Source: an uncultured candidate division Zixibacteria bacterium
Lineage (GTDB): Bacteria > Zixibacteria > MSB-5A5 > GN15 > FEB-12
Assembly: GCA_963806185.1 (NCBI GenBank)
Contig: CAWDXE010000007.1
Coordinates: forward strand, 544,001 to 608,000
DNA: 64,000 bases
Reading direction: 5' to 3'
The notes beneath the pieces were generated by a model that did no database searches, was not told the origin of the DNA, and saw only the letters and a list, made by a program, of their open reading frames with translations. Position 1 is the first letter of the stretch. Each line of letters opens with the position of its first letter. Of the stretch, positions 30,604 through 40,248 are shown piece after piece. Made by a program: the position numbers and the translations under genes.

Positions 30604-32244
30604 GTGGCGATACGTACTTACCTGATCGCGCTCTCATCTTTGCTGGCGCTGCATAGCGGCGGCTTCCTAAAAGTTCAGGCACAGCCGCAAGCTGGGCGAG
30701 TTGATCGAACGCCCATGTATCGAGCGGCTGAGGGCATGCCTATTGACAGCATCATTATCGAGACACGAAACATCTACAATCTGGACGATCCGAGATACGA
30801 CAACTTCTTGTTCCGCACCGCCAATCGGCTGCACATCGTAACCAAGAGCGGGGCTGTTCGCCGGGAACTGCTGTTTCACGCCGGCGAGCCGTTTTCGGCC
30901 GACGCGGCCGAGGAAACGGCGCGCAATCTGCGGACTCGACTCGCGGTCAACACGGCTTGGATTGAACCTGAGCGATTACCCAACGGCCACCTTCGGGTTC
31001 GCGTTATCACCGTCGATCAATGGAGCCTGCTGGCATCGCTGGATATCGCCCGCGAAGGGTATGGGACCAATTATCGAATTGGCTTTGAGGAACGGAATTT
31101 TCTCGGCAACCACCAGTTCTGGTCGTTTGATTACAGCGTCCAGGCGCGTGACGACAACTTTCATGTCGCCACTTTCCGGGACTCGCGATTTCTCGGGTTG
31201 CCTATGCAGGTGGTGTTCACCGATCAGAATGATCCGATCAACTCCATTCGCCAGGTGACGCTGGCTCATCCGTACTACAATCTGACCCAGCGTTTTTCCG
31301 TCTCGGGAACGACGGCCAGTACAAGTGCCCGCGAGGACGTGTATCGGGAAGGGGAGCTGATAGCCCAATGGTACGATCAGGGCGAGTTCACGACGCTCAA
31401 CGGCGACTACCGATGGGGACCGCGGTACGTAAAAATTGGCGTCGGCGGGGGATATACTTATCGCCATACGGGGATTTCCGATCGGCGCGTTCGCGTCGGC
31501 ACCGATCCGACGTCGATTCACTTTCCGGAGGATTCCACATATCATCTCTTCATGTCGAGTGTGTCGCTATCCACGGTGAAGTTCGCGATCGTATCGCGAA
31601 TTCAGCGGGCCGTGTATCCGGAGGACATCACCTTGGGCGTCAATCTGCAGGCGGGGTACGGCCGGGCGTTTACGCCCGACTTTGACAAGTACTACTACGA
31701 CGTTGTCACACTTGACGGATCCACGCTGCAGAAGTTCGGCTCCAATCTGATTGGGTGTGGACTTGCCCAGGAGTACCAGTTCAAAGGCGCCAGGTATTTC
31801 CGGCGGGAGACCAATTATTCGCTGAAGTTCTACAACAATGGTCTGTCGTGGTTTACCCTGGCCTCGCAGGCAAGATATTCGAGAGAATGGCGATCAGACG
31901 GGCTGGGTACTTTGCAGCTTGGCGGGCGAACCGGGATCAGGGGGTATGATCCGTTTTACCGGACCGGTTCTTCGCTGGCCGTCCTGAACCTCGAAGGGCG
32001 GTTTTTTTCCAATATCGAGGTACTCTCGACTATGCTGGGGGCGGTCGTATTTAGCGATCTGGGAACGGTTTGGCAGAACGATCAGCGAGCCCTGAGCCAG
32101 CCAATATATCGCAGCATTGGGTTTGGCTTGCGCCTGTCACTGGAGAAATTCACGAAAGACGAGATCTTCCGGCTGGACGTTTCCCGGGGCCAGGACAACA
32201 ACTGGGAGATCTCTTTTGGGAATCACCAGTATTTTAGTCTCTAA
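30604..32244 (+). CDS. Omp85/BamA-TamA-like outer membrane protein
   Basis: POTRA-like VRRELLF...ETARNLR, ERNFLG, LGGRTGIRGY and aromatic C-terminus. Confidence 0.8.
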   Translation: MAIRTYLIALSSLLALHSGGFLKVQAQPQAGRVDRTPMYRAAEGMPIDSIIIETRNIYNLDDPRYDNFLFRTANRLHIVTKSGAVRRELLFHAGEPFSADAAEETARNLRTRLAVNTAWIEPERLPNGHLRVRVITVDQWSLLASLDIAREGYGTNYRIGFEERNFLGNHQFWSFDYSVQARDDNFHVATFRDSRFLGLPMQVVFTDQNDPINSIRQVTLAHPYYNLTQRFSVSGTTASTSAREDVYREGELIAQWYDQGEFTTLNGDYRWGPRYVKIGVGGGYTYRHTGISDRRVRVGTDPTSIHFPEDSTYHLFMSSVSLSTVKFAIVSRIQRAVYPEDITLGVNLQAGYGRAFTPDFDKYYYDVVTLDGSTLQKFGSNLIGCGLAQEYQFKGARYFRRETNYSLKFYNNGLSWFTLASQARYSREWRSDGLGTLQLGGRTGIRGYDPFYRTGSSLAVLNLEGRFFSNIEVLSTMLGAVVFSDLGTVWQNDQRALSQPIYRSIGFGLRLSLEKFTKDEIFRLDVSRGQDNNWEISFGNHQYFSL

Positions 32245-32386
32245 AAGTTGAACAGCCATTGACAAACCGTTGGATTTCAATATATTACCGTTGCAGGACT
32301 ATGGGCAAATCCCGCCTCACGGGACCCTTGGAATGGTACTTACCACGACGGTCGGTTAGCGCCGCAATCTGAACGCTTGAGCCTTA

Positions 32387-34480
32387 GTGAGCACACGAAT
32401 GCAGATTCCCAAACTTCAGTCGATGAATACACCAATGGTTTCAATCCATCGCACATATCGTCTCTGGGCGTGCATATTGGCCGCGGGGTTTCTGATGCTG
32501 TCGTCTCTGCCCGCGATGGCCGGCAATCTTGTTTTGGCGGATCGGGACCCGTTGCGACTGATTGAACAGGAATTCAGCGCCGGTCAGATCACGCGAGACG
32601 AGAAGGCGTTGCTGCAGATTCGGGCCATTGTGCATCCCGACCGACTGCCAGCCCGTTTTCAGTCACTGGCGACAGCAGCCGATCAAGTAGCTTCGCGCGG
32701 CGCCACGCCGGCGATTCTGGATATTCGCCACCATTGGGATGAATTGTCGGCTGCCACGCAAGCGGAAGTGACTGAGGCTCTGTCGCGACCCGCGCGGGCG
32801 TTTGCGTACGTTTCCCCGGGCGGATTTTTCAAGATGCACTACGACACTCTGGGCACGCATGCCGTTCCGAAGACGGACGGCGACTTCGATGGCGTGCCTG
32901 ATTTCGTGGAGAGGTGTGCAGCCTATTGTGATTCGTCGCTCGACAAGCAGCGCGTGCTCGGCTTTCTGGATCCTCCGTCTGACGGTACCACTGGGGGGGA
33001 CAGTCTCTTCGATGTGTATTTCGAGCAGACGATCTATTACGGTTACGCGGTGCCGGAAGTGCCGGGTCCCCAGCCCTGGCCGGATTACACCAGTTATCTC
33101 GTATTGCATCGCAACTTCGTGGGTTTCGCACCCAATGATGATCCGGAGGGCGACGTGGCCGGCGCGGCCAAAGTGACCGCGGCACATGAATTTCATCATT
33201 GTATCCAGTTTGCGTACGATTCCAACGAAGGCAACTGGTTCATGGAGCTGGACGCCACCTGCATGGAGGATATTGTTTTCGATCAGGTCAATGACAACTA
33301 CAATTACCTGTCTGAGTACATGGACTATCCGGATACGTCGCTGATGACCAATACCATGCAGTACCATTGGTACGCTTCGTTTATCTGGGACCTGTTTCTG
33401 GTGGAGAATTTCAATGTATCCCTGCTGCCGGCTGTCTGGAACGGCGCCCGGTACACCAGTGTTTACACGGCGCTGAGCGATTCACTCTCCGCAGACTTCG
33501 GCTGGTCTCAGGACTCGGCGTTCGTGGAATTTACCAAGTGGTGTTTTGCCACGGGATATCGGAACGACAATCTGCATTTTTCAGAGGCATCATCGTATCC
33601 GCTGGTGGATTTGAGTGCGCTGCATACCAGTATCCCGGTGGCCAGCACAAGTTCTGCTTCGATGCCCGCGGGCTATTCGGCAACGTACATACAATTCATG
33701 CCGGGCACGGAGACGGGCACGTTGCGGATCAACTTCGACGGTTCCGACAGCCGTCAATGGGCGGCGTACGTCATCCGCTCGACCGCTGTCAACGCGCACG
33801 AGTTCATGGCGATACCATTGACTCCGGGGAGCTACACCGGGTACGTCAATGTGCCGCAGTATGACGATTGTTATGCCGTGACGCTGGTGGCGGTGAATTT
33901 GACTGAATTCTCGACCCCGGGTAATTTTACCTATTCGGCGGTGATGAAATCGCCATATGAAGTGAGCTCTCGGATCGTAACCGACTCTGGGATCTATTCC
34001 GGGGCCGTGCGCCAATTCGAGTATCTGGTGCGTAATCCCGCACCGGTCGGTGACGTTTATCGGGTCAAGGCGACCGACGAGCACCTGTGGATAACTCCGT
34101 CCGCCCAGGACGTATTTGTACCCAGTCACGACAGCGCGATCGTGACAATTCCGGTCTCGGTGCCGGATCTCACACCGTTGGGGACGACGTCACATCTGGT
34201 CTTTTCGGCCCGATCGAAGAGCGATTCAACGGTTTCCGATACGGCACGGATGACGGCGATCACCGTTCTGCAAAGGGGAGATTGTGCGTTTGACGGCGGG
34301 GTGGACATCGGTGATCTTACCCGGCTCATTGATTTTCTCTTCCTCTCGAACAGTCCGATCACACCCGACCCTGAGGCCGGGAATATTGATTGTATCGGGT
34401 CGATAGATATAGCCGATCTCACCTGGCTCTTGCAGTTTTTGTTCTCTTTGGGTCCTCCTTCGCCCTGCAATCCGTACTGA
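32387..34480 (+). CDS. Secreted zinc metallopeptidase-like protein (MXAN_6640-like) with C-terminal dockerin-like domain
   Basis: TAAHEFHHCIQFAY (HExxH), WFME; duplicated GDCAFDGGVDIGDL / GNIDCIGSIDIADL; start uncertain (32387-32435). Confidence 0.8.
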   Translation: MSTRMQIPKLQSMNTPMVSIHRTYRLWACILAAGFLMLSSLPAMAGNLVLADRDPLRLIEQEFSAGQITRDEKALLQIRAIVHPDRLPARFQSLATAADQVASRGATPAILDIRHHWDELSAATQAEVTEALSRPARAFAYVSPGGFFKMHYDTLGTHAVPKTDGDFDGVPDFVERCAAYCDSSLDKQRVLGFLDPPSDGTTGGDSLFDVYFEQTIYYGYAVPEVPGPQPWPDYTSYLVLHRNFVGFAPNDDPEGDVAGAAKVTAAHEFHHCIQFAYDSNEGNWFMELDATCMEDIVFDQVNDNYNYLSEYMDYPDTSLMTNTMQYHWYASFIWDLFLVENFNVSLLPAVWNGARYTSVYTALSDSLSADFGWSQDSAFVEFTKWCFATGYRNDNLHFSEASSYPLVDLSALHTSIPVASTSSASMPAGYSATYIQFMPGTETGTLRINFDGSDSRQWAAYVIRSTAVNAHEFMAIPLTPGSYTGYVNVPQYDDCYAVTLVAVNLTEFSTPGNFTYSAVMKSPYEVSSRIVTDSGIYSGAVRQFEYLVRNPAPVGDVYRVKATDEHLWITPSAQDVFVPSHDSAIVTIPVSVPDLTPLGTTSHLVFSARSKSDSTVSDTARMTAITVLQRGDCAFDGGVDIGDLTRLIDFLFLSNSPITPDPEAGNIDCIGSIDIADLTWLLQFLFSLGPPSPCNPY

Positions 34481-34609
34481 ACGGATTCAGACAGTACTTT
34501 TTAGTTGACTTGTCTACCCCCACTCTGGTATTAAGCGGCGTACGTTAATCCACTTAACTGTGTGATCTTCCTCACGACGATGGTCGGTTCACACAGGAGA
34601 GAGGGGGAC

Positions 34610-34825
34610 ATGATGGATAACGGATTTGAACCGCGCGTTCTGATCTGTTGTGATTGTCACGAGGAGTTTGTGTTCACGGTCGCGGCGCAACAGTACTTTG
34701 CCGAGCGGGGGTACACGGAGGATCCCCGGCGGTGTAAGACCTGTCACACGACGTTCAAGAAGTCGCAGCGTGACGGGCAGACGCACCACGTTGTGCATGA
34801 TGACGCAACCTTGCGGGAGGCCTGA
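34610..34825 (+). CDS. Stand-alone zinc-ribbon protein (zf-trcl-like)
   Basis: LICCDCHEEFVFT..AQQYFAERGY..DPRRCKTC; RBS before ATG 34610. Confidence 0.85.
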   Translation: MMDNGFEPRVLICCDCHEEFVFTVAAQQYFAERGYTEDPRRCKTCHTTFKKSQRDGQTHHVVHDDATLREA

Positions 34826-34850
34826 AGCTTTGTCGTGAGATCAAGAAGAC

Positions 34851-34882
34851 AAAAAGCCCCTCGGAAATCCGAGGGGCTTTTT
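34851..34882. terminator. Bidirectional intrinsic terminator
   Basis: AAAAAGCCCCTCGGA-aa-TCCGAGGGGCTTTTT between convergent genes. Confidence 0.9.
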
Positions 34883-34922
34883 CTTGGGAATGTGGTGCGA
34901 AAAAAGGAAACGTGGTCAAAAG

Positions 34923-36650
34923 CTAGCGTATCAGAGCCATTTTCTTCACTGATTCCATACCGGCGGCAGTCAGGCGGTAGAGGTAGATTCCGCTGGCCAC
35001 CGGCTGCAAAAAGTCATTGGTGCCGTCCCAGACAAGACTCATGGTGCCCTCGGCGACCGGACCATTCACCAGCGTCTTCACCTTTTCGCCGATGATATTA
35101 TAGATTTCAAGCGTTGCCTGACCGGTCACCGGGACTGAAAACTCGATATGTGTACTCGGGTTGAACGGGTTAGGGTAGTTCTGCGCCAGCCGGATGCTGG
35201 CTGGCAGTGTGGTGTTGGTATCGTCGACGCCCGCCGAGACGTTGACCATGAGATCGGCCGTGATGACCGGGCCGGCGGCGACGATGTTTTGTACGCTCAC
35301 CAGCGTACCGCCAGACTGGTAGGCATCGGAGCTGGGTGATGAAATTGCGGTGAACGAGGTGTTGGCCGCGCTGCCCGGGTAGGGATCGCCGGCGTCGCCG
35401 CTATTCGTCTTCTTCTCGATCTGATACAGACCGTCAGCCTGTTCCAGGGCCACCCAGTAATGGTTGGCGTCGACTTTCCCCGGCTGAGTAGGATACCACT
35501 CTTGTTGATTGCTCGATTTGCCGTCATCGATGTGCCAGATCATCAAGCCGGAAGCCGGCAAATAGGTATCAAAGCCGGTCTTCAGTCTATTTTCAACCAG
35601 GAAATACTCGTTGCTCGCGGCACCGGAGGTCCACATCCGGTAAACCGCACCGCCGGCCTCGACCGGGAGAATAGTCACACCGGTTTGGTTACTGGTAACG
35701 TTGGTAGGGGTGATGATTCCCATCTGCTCGCGGCTCCAGGCGCACGGATGCGCCGGTGACCCACCCAGCCCGCCGGGGCCGTTCCAGGAACCGTAGGCCA
35801 TGATACACCATTTGCCCAGGCCATACGAGCTGTTGTCAGTGTCGTACAGGTCCGGCAGGCCGAAGCCGTGAGACAACTCATGCGCATAGACGCCGGGGGT
35901 CATATCGCCGGAGACATACCAGTATTCGGGCTGGACGGTATAGCTGGAGAGCCATACGCCATCGCGATTCAGGCTGGTTTTCAGCCCCCACTTGTGGGAC
36001 CACATGTCGGCCGTGCTCCCGGACAATTCGGCGCCGGTGCCGGTGTGGATAATCAGCAGGCAGTCTACCCAGCCGTCACCGTCGTTGTCGTAGTTCGAGA
36101 AATCCACGAGGCTATCGGTAAGGTTGATCATATCCTCGGCCAGTCTCTGTGAGTTCTGCGGATAGGTGCCCGTACCGTAGCTTGTGCCTACGTAATATGC
36201 ATACGTGCTGGGTGCCGTGCGCCAGCCGATGGCCGTGGGGAGGTTGACGGTGATCAAGTCAATCTGCCCATAGGAGATCTCGTTGAAGTAACTGTTCACC
36301 GTGTTGCCGTTCGCATTGAACAACAGCGAATCATAAAAAGTAGCAGATACGCTGGAATTCTTATCCGAGAATTTGACGAGCAGGGCAAGAATCTTGAAAC
36401 CGGCCGACCCGGGAGCTCGGTTGATGCCGCCATTCGCGGCAGCATTTTGCTTCCGGAGGTATCTTGTCAGGAAGCTGTCCGGCTGACAAATTCCACGTTG
36501 ATGCCATTCCTGATTATCCGGCAGCAGGACTGGCGCCCGCAGGGCCGCGGAATCGTTTGATTCCAACAGGCTCGGATTTGGGGGCATGGCGTTCAGGGTT
36601 CCGACCAGAACGGCCGCAATTGAAAGCAACATGAGCAGTAGTTTTCGCAT
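34923..36650 (-). CDS. M6 family metalloprotease (immune inhibitor A-like) with C-terminal FlgD/T9SS-like sorting domain
   Basis: YAHELSHGFGLPDLYD, IMAYGSW and EYFLVENR; C-terminal QNYPNPFNP...WDGTND...SGIYLYRL. Confidence 0.92.
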   Translation of the reverse strand: MRKLLLMLLSIAAVLVGTLNAMPPNPSLLESNDSAALRAPVLLPDNQEWHQRGICQPDSFLTRYLRKQNAAANGGINRAPGSAGFKILALLVKFSDKNSSVSATFYDSLLFNANGNTVNSYFNEISYGQIDLITVNLPTAIGWRTAPSTYAYYVGTSYGTGTYPQNSQRLAEDMINLTDSLVDFSNYDNDGDGWVDCLLIIHTGTGAELSGSTADMWSHKWGLKTSLNRDGVWLSSYTVQPEYWYVSGDMTPGVYAHELSHGFGLPDLYDTDNSSYGLGKWCIMAYGSWNGPGGLGGSPAHPCAWSREQMGIITPTNVTSNQTGVTILPVEAGGAVYRMWTSGAASNEYFLVENRLKTGFDTYLPASGLMIWHIDDGKSSNQQEWYPTQPGKVDANHYWVALEQADGLYQIEKKTNSGDAGDPYPGSAANTSFTAISSPSSDAYQSGGTLVSVQNIVAAGPVITADLMVNVSAGVDDTNTTLPASIRLAQNYPNPFNPSTHIEFSVPVTGQATLEIYNIIGEKVKTLVNGPVAEGTMSLVWDGTNDFLQPVASGIYLYRLTAAGMESVKKMALIR

Positions 36651-36683
36651 ACCATTTCCTTTCATCGCGATTCCACGTTCCCT

Positions 36684-37952
36684 TTAGAATTGAAGCCCGG
36701 TGGAGACAGCCAGATCGAGTCCCTTGGCCGAGTAACCGGAGAGCTTGTGACCGGTCACGACAGCGGCATCGAGGTAAAAGCCGACAAAGTGCAGGCCGGA
36801 GCCGAAACTGAATGCGGTATTCTTGTCACCGCCGGTGGAAAAACCGGCGCGCAGCGGCAGCAGACTGATGAGTGACCATTCGGCACCCGCGCCGATGCGA
36901 GGATCGGTGGAGGTCCCTGGTCCGTCACTCAGGCCTTGTTCATAATCCAACGCCCAGACAAAGCTACCGGTGGTATTCGCTATCCCGAGAGTAAGGGTGC
37001 GGGGAAGAGTAGTTGAAAAATCGTTGATCGATTTTGAGTAATCATCCGAGGTGATGTAATCCTCGTCGGCATTGTCCACCGTCATGGTGTCGAAGTTGAA
37101 CAGATAGCCGTGTTCTTCAGTCTCGCGATTCCACTTGATCGTGCCGATGGCGTTTTCAAGTTGAGCGCCGATCGTATAGTTCTTTCCCATGGCCAGGGCG
37201 ACACCGAGATCCAGGCCGTAACCGCGTCCGCCGGTGGCGGTTCGAGCCACCATTTCACCTTCACCCTGAAAGCCGGCGGCATAGGTGGCGGCGACGCCGT
37301 GCATTTTGGTCACTTCTTCGACGGCAATGCCGTAGAAGTATTTGAAGGTTGCGCCGACGGCAAGCTGACGGCTGCCGTTGGAATAGATCGGGAAGCCGTA
37401 CGAAAGACCGGCGGAGGCATAGCTCATCACGTCAGAGTAGGAGCCATTGACGCTGATTGAGTCGGCGAAGGTATTTCCGTTCAGGACGAGGTCCAGGAGA
37501 TCCTTGCTGAGATTGATGTCGGCCGTGCCCACGCCGGAGGTGGCAAAGGCGACGTTACCGCTGGAAAAGCCCATCGCGGTAGCTTCAGCATCAAGCGAGA
37601 GCTTCATGCCTTCAGCCGGAACCTTGTCGAGGATGTCCGATTTGTCGTCGTCAGTGAGAAATGCGCCGGTGTACTTGTTGTAGTCATCGAGAGTGAACGT
37701 GTTGTTCACCAGACTGGCGCCGACGCCGATCAACTCCAGGTTTGTCTTCTGGTGATTGGACAGACCCAGGTTGGCCGGATTGTACTTGACCGCGCTGACG
37801 CCGGTGGCGAGAGCGGTCTGAGCGCCGCCCATGGCGACGCTGCGGGCGGAGGATTGGCCCCCGGCAAGTGTTGACGTGGTGCTCAAGGCGACCAGCGCGA
37901 CCGCCAGGGCTGCCGACTTACGGCAGGCGAATACGTGATTCAGTGTACGCAT
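36684..37952 (-). CDS. Outer-membrane beta-barrel (DUF5723/FadL-PorV-like N-terminal motif)
   Basis: Signal peptide, ARSVAMGGA...YNPANL, GYGLDLG, LPLRAG and terminal Phe. Confidence 0.75.
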   Translation of the reverse strand: MRTLNHVFACRKSAALAVALVALSTTSTLAGGQSSARSVAMGGAQTALATGVSAVKYNPANLGLSNHQKTNLELIGVGASLVNNTFTLDDYNKYTGAFLTDDDKSDILDKVPAEGMKLSLDAEATAMGFSSGNVAFATSGVGTADINLSKDLLDLVLNGNTFADSISVNGSYSDVMSYASAGLSYGFPIYSNGSRQLAVGATFKYFYGIAVEEVTKMHGVAATYAAGFQGEGEMVARTATGGRGYGLDLGVALAMGKNYTIGAQLENAIGTIKWNRETEEHGYLFNFDTMTVDNADEDYITSDDYSKSINDFSTTLPRTLTLGIANTTGSFVWALDYEQGLSDGPGTSTDPRIGAGAEWSLISLLPLRAGFSTGGDKNTAFSFGSGLHFVGFYLDAAVVTGHKLSGYSAKGLDLAVSTGLQF

Positions 37953-37963
37953 GGCGGCCTCCC

Positions 37964-40009
37964 TTAAAAATTCCCGTCGAAATGGTATTCCACTTCGATG
38001 CGGGCGTTAATTCTGAGATAGTCACTGGCAGTCAGCTTCACCGGTTGTCCGTTGGAGTCGTGCAGCGTGATGACTGACATGCTGTAGAGAGTGTCGTTGG
38101 TGAGGATGGCGTTGACATCATCGGACGTCAGTATCAAAGTCTGGTAACCGGTGGACACGGTGTCCATGGCCAGCGAATTGACAACAGGAGCGGCCGGCAC
38201 GGTGATACCGTCAATCACTTTGTCCGGATTGGTCAACAGCGTGGCGGAATCACCGCCGAGGAAAATCTGGAAATCGGCGCCGATCGGCAGACGGCTGGTG
38301 ATGTTATACACGAACCGTGCTTCGACGACGTGATCGGTGATCATGTCGATGTCGTCCTGCTCGATCTTTTCGTCCTCGACATCCGTATTGATGTGATTCT
38401 CATTGATGATCAGTTCGAGCGGGGCGATGATTTTGATCCGGCCGAAGATGAAATCGTTGGCGCGGATGGTCCCTTCACTGACGCCGTCGCCGAACGAAGC
38501 TGTGCCGCTGGCGGAAATCTGGGCCGGAATCGGCGACAGAAAGTCAGCCACGGAGGTGTCGGAGAAGGTCGTGATGACCACGCCGTCAGCGGAGCCAGGA
38601 AGAACGGTTCCGGTGAGGTGGAGGGTCTTCCCGTTGCTGCCCTGGACGTTCAAGTCAATGGAGCCGGGCAGTTCGACCTTATTGTGAATTTCCAGTTCCA
38701 GCGCGGCATGCACCAACTGGACGGAATCGAATCCCTTGGGTATATCGATATCTTCCTGCACCGGGTCGATATTGGCTTCGACGGCATCAAACAGCCCGGT
38801 GACGGAGCTGAAATTCAGGTTGGTCAGCGCCGCGGAAACTGAGAAGTTCTGCGACTGCTGGATGTTGACCTGATTGGGCGCCGTGGCCGGTGCATCAGCA
38901 GTAACGTCGATATTGATGGACTGGGGCACGGTCTGGTCGATCGGAGCCAGTTCGTAACCGGCAAGATTCTGAACGACGTTGGCCGTACTATTGGCAGCAA
39001 TCTGGCGAGTCACGGTCAGCGCCTGGCCCGACTGCGTGAGATCCGGAAACGCAATATGAATCGCAGCCGCCAGCGGCGTGTTGTTGCTGATGGTTAATTG
39101 GAGTTGACCATTACCAAACGTGGCGTTGGTGATGGGTGTCGTTTCGGCGAGTCCGACTTGCTGACTGAATGAGCGTGAGATCGCCGGCACTTCGGCCGTC
39201 GCGGCGATTACCGTGAGAGGGCCGTCAGCGTGCATCGAAGTCGTGATTGTCGCGGCTGCGGTCGAGAGGACGACGGCCGCCTGGTTGTGGCAGTCGGCGT
39301 TGACGCGCAAGTTATTGGAGACAGTCAGGCCATCGAGGACGAACGGAAGCGAATCCGTAGCGCCGTTGGCCAGGCCGCCGGGTATGCTCTGTGTGCCCAG
39401 TGAAACACTGTTGCCGACGTCGTAAAGTTGGACGCGCACCGTATCGAGATCGATGCCCAGATTATTGTCGATGACCGCGTAGAGCGTACCTGACGAGATA
39501 GTCGCCGAAGAGAAATTCGATATCGGCGGCATGTCGTTGGAGATCGAGAAACTTGCCGGCGGTACAACGCCGCCGCCTCCGGCCGCGAGACCGGCGATAT
39601 CGTCAAATGACACCTGCACCGGCGCGACGGAAGGCGATTCGATTTCAATCGGCCCCAGGGTCTGCGAGGTGCTGTAGCTCAGGTTGCCGGTGGAGAGGTT
39701 GGACGCGTCCAGATGAAAGGTATCCAGATCTTCCGTGATCGAATACACCACGTTAGCCAGCGAGTCCATCTCCAGACCTTCCTGGTCGATCCGACGGATC
39801 AATTCTTCCATGGGATAGGTCCGGTTGATGGCCGGCACGACAAACTGCGTGTTCCATTCCGGAGCCTCGGGCTTCTTAATAGTGCACTGAGTAAGGGTGA
39901 GGATAATCACTACCAGTGCGGTTCCGAAAGCGATCCGGCCCAACCAGCGCCACAGCGCCTGGTCCAGGCTGTTTCCATCAGTGTTCCGTTGGTTTCGCGC
40001 CATACACAT
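37964..40009 (-). CDS. Large beta-rich exported protein / probable lipoprotein
   Basis: Hydrophobic segment ending LTQC; acidic, beta-rich 681-aa ORF co-oriented with barrel and protease. Confidence 0.7.
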   Translation of the reverse strand: MCMARNQRNTDGNSLDQALWRWLGRIAFGTALVVIILTLTQCTIKKPEAPEWNTQFVVPAINRTYPMEELIRRIDQEGLEMDSLANVVYSITEDLDTFHLDASNLSTGNLSYSTSQTLGPIEIESPSVAPVQVSFDDIAGLAAGGGGVVPPASFSISNDMPPISNFSSATISSGTLYAVIDNNLGIDLDTVRVQLYDVGNSVSLGTQSIPGGLANGATDSLPFVLDGLTVSNNLRVNADCHNQAAVVLSTAAATITTSMHADGPLTVIAATAEVPAISRSFSQQVGLAETTPITNATFGNGQLQLTISNNTPLAAAIHIAFPDLTQSGQALTVTRQIAANSTANVVQNLAGYELAPIDQTVPQSINIDVTADAPATAPNQVNIQQSQNFSVSAALTNLNFSSVTGLFDAVEANIDPVQEDIDIPKGFDSVQLVHAALELEIHNKVELPGSIDLNVQGSNGKTLHLTGTVLPGSADGVVITTFSDTSVADFLSPIPAQISASGTASFGDGVSEGTIRANDFIFGRIKIIAPLELIINENHINTDVEDEKIEQDDIDMITDHVVEARFVYNITSRLPIGADFQIFLGGDSATLLTNPDKVIDGITVPAAPVVNSLAMDTVSTGYQTLILTSDDVNAILTNDTLYSMSVITLHDSNGQPVKLTASDYLRINARIEVEYHFDGNF

Positions 40010-40054
40010 TCCCCCGAGGGTTGATGTTCCACTTCTTCACTGGAGGAGAAGTAG

Positions 40055-40070
40055 TGCAAGCGCAGTGCCG
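40055..40070 (-). promoter_or_regulatory. Sigma54 (-24/-12) promoter candidate
   Basis: CGGCACTGCGCTTGCA on minus strand, a close match to TGGCAC-N5-TTGCA. Confidence 0.7.
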
Positions 40071-40192
40071 ACCGGGATTTCGTCCGGAACTGATTGGCGG
40101 GCAGCGCATTAGTTGATTGTCTGGGGGGATGTTCCCATAGCGGTACACTGGCGCTTGCCATGAAATATGGGCGAAGCGCCATGATGATCGCA

Positions 40193-40221
40193 TTGACAAG
40201 GCCGGTGGGCAGCCGTATACT
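40193..40221 (+). promoter_or_regulatory. Sigma70 promoter of WYL gene
   Basis: TTGACA-N17-TATACT. Confidence 0.75.
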
Positions 40222-40248
40222 CGATGAGGAACGGGGATATGATTATCT

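Noticed and set aside
32295..32370. GGGCAAATCCCG...CGGGAC resembling a c-di-GMP-I riboswitch 5' part
   Set aside because: No GNRA tetraloop and no downstream GCAAA/P2 elements; only a short hairpin.
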